Source: Candidatus Aenigmatarchaeota archaeon (GTDB taxonomy: Archaea; Aenigmatarchaeota; Aenigmatarchaeia; QMZP01; QMZT01). Taken from it: 64,000 nt of DNA. Shown in pieces: positions 59,320-64,000 of the stretch (the stretch's first letter is position 1; every line of letters starts with the position of its first letter). The notes below the pieces were generated by a model. That model did not search any database, was not told the DNA's origin, and saw only the letters and a list, made by a program, of their open reading frames with translations. The stretch is taken from the NCBI GenBank assembly GCA_963726265.1, contig CAVSBQ010000002.1, forward strand, positions 640,001 to 704,000. The letters run 5' to 3'. The position numbers were made by a program, and so were the translations under genes.

Positions 59320-61089
59320 TTAATTCGAGTAGTAATACTGACCAGCATCCTTTTGTTCGCTGTCCTTCTGCGAATCCGGCTTGTTCGCCCTGGCGCGGCC
59401 GGTCTGCGGGTCGCGGCGGAAGGTCACGTCAAGCGTTTTAAGAAAAGCGTTCATGCCGTCCTTCAGCGACGACGGCGCTTTACCTGTGCCGCACACGCCG
59501 CGCTCGCCATCGAAAACCATTATTCTGTCTGCTACGGAGTCGATGAGCTGGAGGTCATGGTCGACGACGAACGCCGACGTTTCGCGACCTTCAACGTGCG
59601 CCCTTATGAGCTTCGCCACGCGCAGGCGCTGCTCGACGTCGAGGAAGGCGGACGGCTCGTCCAGAAGCAGGATGTCGTGCTCCCGTCCCAGCGCACAGAT
59701 GATGAACACCGCCTGCAATTCGCCGCCGGAAAGCATTTTCATGTTTTTCTCAAGGTTTTTTTCAAGCCCGAGCAGGCTTATGATTTTTTTGAATTCGCTG
59801 TCCTCGAGCTTCCCGCCGATCTCGGCTTTGATGTATGCGCGGACTTCGCTGTCGCTTCCGATCACGAGCCTTTGCGGCTTGTAGGAAAGCGCCATTTTCG
59901 CGGCCTCACCCCTGTCCGGCTTAAGCTCGCCGGCGAGCATGCGTATGAACGTCGTCTTGCCGATGCCGTTCGGCCCGAGGATGCCTATGACCTCGCCTTT
60001 GTTTATTTCGCCTGGCTCTGTTTCAAGCCTGAAATTTTCGAAGGCCTTCCTGAAGCCGCCGAATTTGAGGAACAGGCGGTCCTTGCTCGCCTGGCGCGCT
60101 GTCCTGGGGAAGATGAGCGGCTTGTCGCGGAAGCGGACGTTCTCCTCCCTTATGAAACCATCCAGATACGTGTTTATGCCCACGCGGACGCCGTAAGGAT
60201 TGGAAACGACGCCAAACACCCCTGGTCTGCCGTATAGTATGTGCACGTGGTCGCTCAGGTAATCGAGTATCGCCAGGTCGTGCTCGACGACCATGACTTC
60301 GCGCGTCTTGGACAGCTCGCGTATTGCCTTCGCGACCAGCAGGCGCTGCTTCACGTCGAGATAGCTGGACGGCTCGTCGAAAAAATAGAAGTCATGCTCC
60401 TTTGAGAGCACCGCAGCGACTGCAAGCAGCTGGAGTTCTCCGCCTGAAAGCGTTTTCACTTCCTTGTCAAGCATTTCCCGCATACCCAGCCTTTCGACGG
60501 TTTTTTCATAACCTCCATGTTTTTTCAGCAGATTCTTAACGTCGCCTTTCCACTTCTCCGGAATCAGGTCGACATGCTGCGGCTTGTAGCCGATGGACAT
60601 CCCCCCTTTTGACAGGCGCTCAAGGTAAGCCTGCAGCTCGGTCCCCTTGAATTTTTCTATTATATTTTCCCATGAGACACTCCCTCTGAAAATGCCGGTG
60701 TTGGGTCTTATGTTTCCTGAAAGGATGTTAAGCACGGTAGTCTTGCCCACGCCGTTCGGGCCGATAAGGCCGACGACCATGTTCCTTCGCGGTATCGGAA
60801 GCTTGTAGAGGGCGAACTGGTTTTTGCCGTAGCGGTGGATTGGGTCTTCCTCCAGTTCCTTGGGCAGGTTGACGACAGAAATCGCGTTGAACCCGGCCTT
60901 TTCGCAGGCCTTCACGCAGAGGCCGCAGCCGATGCAGAGCTCCTCGTTGAAGACCGGAAAGCCGCTCTCGTCCCTGACTATGCACTCCTCGCCTGACCTG
61001 TTTATGGGACACATCTTCATGCACTTGTAGCCGCAGTTCTGGAACCTGCACAGCTCCCTGTCATGCACGACTATCCTTTTTTTGCCCAT
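59320..61089 (-). CDS. Ribosome recycling ATPase ABCE1/Rli1
   Basis: N-terminal Fe-S cysteines, two ABC domains, TFRRD..TGR.RANK. Confidence 0.96.
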   Translation of the reverse strand: MGKKRIVVHDRELCRFQNCGYKCMKMCPINRSGEECIVRDESGFPVFNEELCIGCGLCVKACEKAGFNAISVVNLPKELEEDPIHRYGKNQFALYKLPIPRRNMVVGLIGPNGVGKTTVLNILSGNIRPNTGIFRGSVSWENIIEKFKGTELQAYLERLSKGGMSIGYKPQHVDLIPEKWKGDVKNLLKKHGGYEKTVERLGMREMLDKEVKTLSGGELQLLAVAAVLSKEHDFYFFDEPSSYLDVKQRLLVAKAIRELSKTREVMVVEHDLAILDYLSDHVHILYGRPGVFGVVSNPYGVRVGINTYLDGFIREENVRFRDKPLIFPRTARQASKDRLFLKFGGFRKAFENFRLETEPGEINKGEVIGILGPNGIGKTTFIRMLAGELKPDRGEAAKMALSYKPQRLVIGSDSEVRAYIKAEIGGKLEDSEFKKIISLLGLEKNLEKNMKMLSGGELQAVFIICALGREHDILLLDEPSAFLDVEQRLRVAKLIRAHVEGRETSAFVVDHDLQLIDSVADRIMVFDGERGVCGTGKAPSSLKDGMNAFLKTLDVTFRRDPQTGRARANKPDSQKDSEQKDAGQYYYSN

Positions 61090-61102
61090 CAGAACACCAT
61101 GT

Positions 61103-61600
61103 TTATTCTCTGGTCAGGACAGATGCCTTGCCGAACATCAGCCTTACGATTTCCGCGAAAGACGCCTCGGGAATCGGGGCGGCTCTGCCTGCGGGTATTA
61201 TGACTTTCAGGACCTCTTCGCCTTCCCTGTAGAGCACGTTGATGCCGATTACGGGAACTGGTTGCAGCAGGTTCTGCATGAATTCCTTCACATCGCCGGA
61301 TTCCTCAATTATCCTCACGTTCTTGCCGGTGAGCTTCGAAAGCTTTCTGGCGAGCATGCCTTCCCTGCCCATGAGCTTTGCGACGTCGCCTTTGCCGCAT
61401 ACGACCACTATCAGGGTTTTCCCTTCCACGACCCTCTTTATCGCGACGTCGTTGAGCGGCCCGAAGTCCCTGGCAGCCTCGCTTATGAGTCGCGATATTT
61501 TCACGTCGTTTTCGCTGATTTTGCCTTCGTCCAGCTTCCTCATGCATGCTATGCAGAGCATGTCGGAATTCAGGCAGATGCCGCAGATAGGAGCTTTCAT
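61103..61600 (-). CDS. NusA-like KH protein with N-terminal Zn finger
   Basis: PICGIC...LCIAC; MGREG KH loop. Confidence 0.8.
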   Translation of the reverse strand: MKAPICGICLNSDMLCIACMRKLDEGKISENDVKISRLISEAARDFGPLNDVAIKRVVEGKTLIVVVCGKGDVAKLMGREGMLARKLSKLTGKNVRIIEESGDVKEFMQNLLQPVPVIGINVLYREGEEVLKVIIPAGRAAPIPEASFAEIVRLMFGKASVLTRE

Positions 61601-61651
61601 CACATCACCATAAAACGTATTGAAGCAGATTCGCTTTGAGTTTATATTTTA

Positions 61652-62041
61652 TTAAAGGGCTTTAAATTTCGAAGCCAGCTTTGTCCCCAGGGCCGCCCCG
61701 CAAAAAGCGCCCAGCGCATCCATCGCCCAGTCGAGCGCATCCGCGGTCCGCGTCGGCACGAAAAGCTGTATGGTTTCGCATGTCAAGCCCACAAGCGACC
61801 CGACCGCGAGGGGCAAAATTAACGTGAATAAAAATTTCCTTCTCCCGGCGAAATGCCCGAAGAGCCGGCTGAGCAAAAAGCCGTAGACTCCATAAGCCAC
61901 GAAATGCTCAAGGTCCCCGGGCCGCAGCGGCGCGCCCGTCCTCGCGAATTCCATCGACGGCAGGAATGAGAACCAGACGAGGGCGATGGTTTCGGCTGCT
62001 GCCAGCAAAAGATAAAAATAAAATTTCCTGCCGTAAGACAT
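61652..62041 (-). CDS. VanZ-like membrane protein
   Basis: HFVAY, ETIQLFVPTR...DW. Confidence 0.82.
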   Translation of the reverse strand: MSYGRKFYFYLLLAAAETIALVWFSFLPSMEFARTGAPLRPGDLEHFVAYGVYGFLLSRLFGHFAGRRKFLFTLILPLAVGSLVGLTCETIQLFVPTRTADALDWAMDALGAFCGAALGTKLASKFKAL

Positions 62042-62125
62042 AGTTTCGTAATTGATTTTGCAATTTATAAAAATATAAAAGTTTACATGTCCGAAACGGG
62101 TTCGTATGCTTTAGCCATTATTTAG

Positions 62126-62806
62126 TTATTCAGCTTTGATTTCCTCCGCCCTGACCCAGAGGAAGAAAATGAAAATGCCTATCGCCACCATGGCAGCGAG
62201 TATGATGACCAGCGAGATGACGCTTTCGGTCTCGGCTTCGCCGAGGAGCACGAATGGGAATGGCGTCTCGCCATTGCCGCCGCTCACGTTGGCCTGCGGT
62301 TTTTGTCCGTTTCCATCGCCCTGCGAGGCATTGGCAGGCCCGCCCTGCCGTACATCCGGCTGGCCCGGCATGCTTGACGGTGTGAGGCGGCCCGGAGGCA
62401 CGTAGCCGACCTCGAGCGGGCAATTCGTCCCGTTCATCCTCATGTAACCCAGTATTTTCATCTCCGTGTTTTCATAAATGTCATCCCTGCCCTGCAGGTA
62501 GTCGTCCTTCCCGAAGAGCACGATCGGCACGTCTTGCGGCAGGTTGTAAGCCGTCCTGTATGCCTCGAAAACGTCCCTGCTTTCCTGGCTGACGTCGGTG
62601 TGGTATTTGATGGATGTGAGGTTCTCCGTGTATTCGTTCAGCAGGCCGTCCATGAAAACATCGGTGAGGCCGCAGTCATCCCCGCATTCATGGCTCGTGA
62701 AATAAACAAGGCACACGCCCCCGTTCTCCTGCGCCGTCGCAGGCGAGGCTAACAGCGCAAGGGCGAGCATGACAAAAACAGCAGGCACGACAAATATTTT
62801 TTTCAT
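62126..62806 (-). CDS. Secreted thioredoxin-like protein with C-terminal TM anchor
   Basis: Signal peptide; YFTSHECGDDC; VP motif; C-terminal TM helix. Confidence 0.65.
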   Translation of the reverse strand: MKKIFVVPAVFVMLALALLASPATAQENGGVCLVYFTSHECGDDCGLTDVFMDGLLNEYTENLTSIKYHTDVSQESRDVFEAYRTAYNLPQDVPIVLFGKDDYLQGRDDIYENTEMKILGYMRMNGTNCPLEVGYVPPGRLTPSSMPGQPDVRQGGPANASQGDGNGQKPQANVSGGNGETPFPFVLLGEAETESVISLVIILAAMVAIGIFIFFLWVRAEEIKAE

Positions 62807-62811
62807 GGCGA

Positions 62812-64000
62812 TTACCCCCATATCATCACTTCCATTATGGCAGGCCCCCACATCGACGGGATCTGCGACACGAAGTCCGAATTGAATTTCACGTCCTCTG
62901 TGATTTCGAGGTCGACTGGATTGCTGCTGGAGCCGTCGCCTGTCCCGCTCGGACCTGAAGTGGTATGGTTTATATCCGCAACCCCCGAATTGAGGTCGTT
63001 TATGAAATTCATGGTGTCCATGAGCTTCATGAAGGCGTTGTCCACGGAATCGTTCTGCGGGTCGAAAATATCATCCGGGTCGCTGCCCACCTCAACGACC
63101 TTTGAGCTTTCAGGGATGTTGTCGCCGTTCGAGTCATAATATATCGTCGGTCGCGAGCCCCTTGCCTTCGGGAAGACGTCGCTGTACTGGGAAAGGCCGA
63201 TGCCCCTTACGCCCAGCGTGTAAATGATCCTGTCGTCGGGCGAAGCGCCTTTGCCGTCGCTCAGCGGCGACGGGTGCGTGGCCGTCCCTATTTTGAACGA
63301 GTTGTTGCCGTTCGTTTTCAGCAGGCCGGGTGGTATTTGTATTATATAAGGGTCTCCAAGCTTCTCGTAGTCGCTGGAATAGTTTGCCAGCCAGTATACC
63401 ATGGTCCAGTTCTGGTTTGGTGTGTTTGATGAATTTACCCACAGGCGGTCGGTCCAGTAGTAAGATGAATAAGACGTTATTTTGGAATCCAGTATCTGGG
63501 TCGCGATTTCCGTGTCGCCCGGGATTATGAACCATCCCTGCTTCGTGCCGGTTTCATTGTCGGTTATCATGGCTTCGCCAGTCGAGTCCCTCAGCCTCGG
63601 CGACTCGAAAGATATAACTATCTCCCCGTATTCAGCGCTCCTGTAGAGCGGCGTGTAATTGAAGGTTATATACGAATCCCCGTAAAGCGCGTTGTCCAGC
63701 GAGATGTTGCCGGTGTAGTTGAAGGCCTGCGCGGCGTAGGAGGCGTTGGCTATGTCCTTGGCTATGTCCCTGTATATCTGCTCGAGATCGTCCGCGTTCG
63801 AGCTGTTGTAATACCTGCTGCAGCCGGCAATCCAGCCGTTTGCAGTGCAGTTCCAGCAGGCAACCCTGCTGAGGGTGTTCATATCCGCTCCCGATCCGAA
63901 GCCGACAGCATAAACGTTTATGCTGTAATTGTCCCTAGCCTCGCATGCCTTCCTGATGGCCTGGGCCTTTGCCACATCCAGGCAGTAGTCTCCGCCAGGG
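62812..64000 (-). CDS. vWA-domain surface protein, C-terminal part (runs off the window)
   Basis: VYAVGFG..AD..TL..VA vWA tail; WGPAIMEVMIW C-terminus. Confidence 0.7.
   Translation of the reverse strand, partial: PGGDYCLDVAKAQAIRKACEARDNYSINVYAVGFGSGADMNTLSRVACWNCTANGWIAGCSRYYNSSNADDLEQIYRDIAKDIANASYAAQAFNYTGNISLDNALYGDSYITFNYTPLYRSAEYGEIVISFESPRLRDSTGEAMITDNETGTKQGWFIIPGDTEIATQILDSKITSYSSYYWTDRLWVNSSNTPNQNWTMVYWLANYSSDYEKLGDPYIIQIPPGLLKTNGNNSFKIGTATHPSPLSDGKGASPDDRIIYTLGVRGIGLSQYSDVFPKARGSRPTIYYDSNGDNIPESSKVVEVGSDPDDIFDPQNDSVDNAFMKLMDTMNFINDLNSGVADINHTTSGPSGTGDGSSSNPVDLEITEDVKFNSDFVSQIPSMWGPAIMEVMIWG

Noticed and set aside
60880..61060. ABCE1 Fe-S domain reads CEKAGF instead of CPF
   Set aside because: All cluster cysteines are retained; this is a minor loop insertion.

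Overview
This is a gene-dense archaeal chromosome segment, probably from a DPANN organism (Aenigmarchaeota-like; this is an inference from gene content, many T4P parts and short intergenic spacers). It mostly carries informational housekeeping genes: thermosome, alaS, pheST, glyS, uL1/uL10/P1, eL21, eS17, an eS26-like protein, rpo4, pus10, CCA enzyme, RtcB plus archease, dnaG, radA, RPA, DNA ligase and ABCE1. It also has scattered type IV pilus parts, a bacterial-like PPDK, tRNA-Arg(CCT) and an SRP RNA. Main leads: (1) A 1.1 kb field of strand-oriented TTCAY pentamers, often about 10 bp apart, runs through two coding genes and flips orientation across an AT-rich core just upstream of an AAA+/winged-helix ATPase; it is a candidate non-canonical origin or centromere with its initiator. 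(2) The SRP RNA lacks helix 6. (3) A CBS-HPF fusion is a candidate ribosome hibernation factor. (4) The window encodes an eS26 homologue. (5) A five-gene uncharacterised module surrounds an EndoIV-like TIM barrel. Three single-base frameshifts (one in a methyltransferase, two in DNA ligase) are probably sequencing errors. No CRISPR array, IS element or rRNA was seen.
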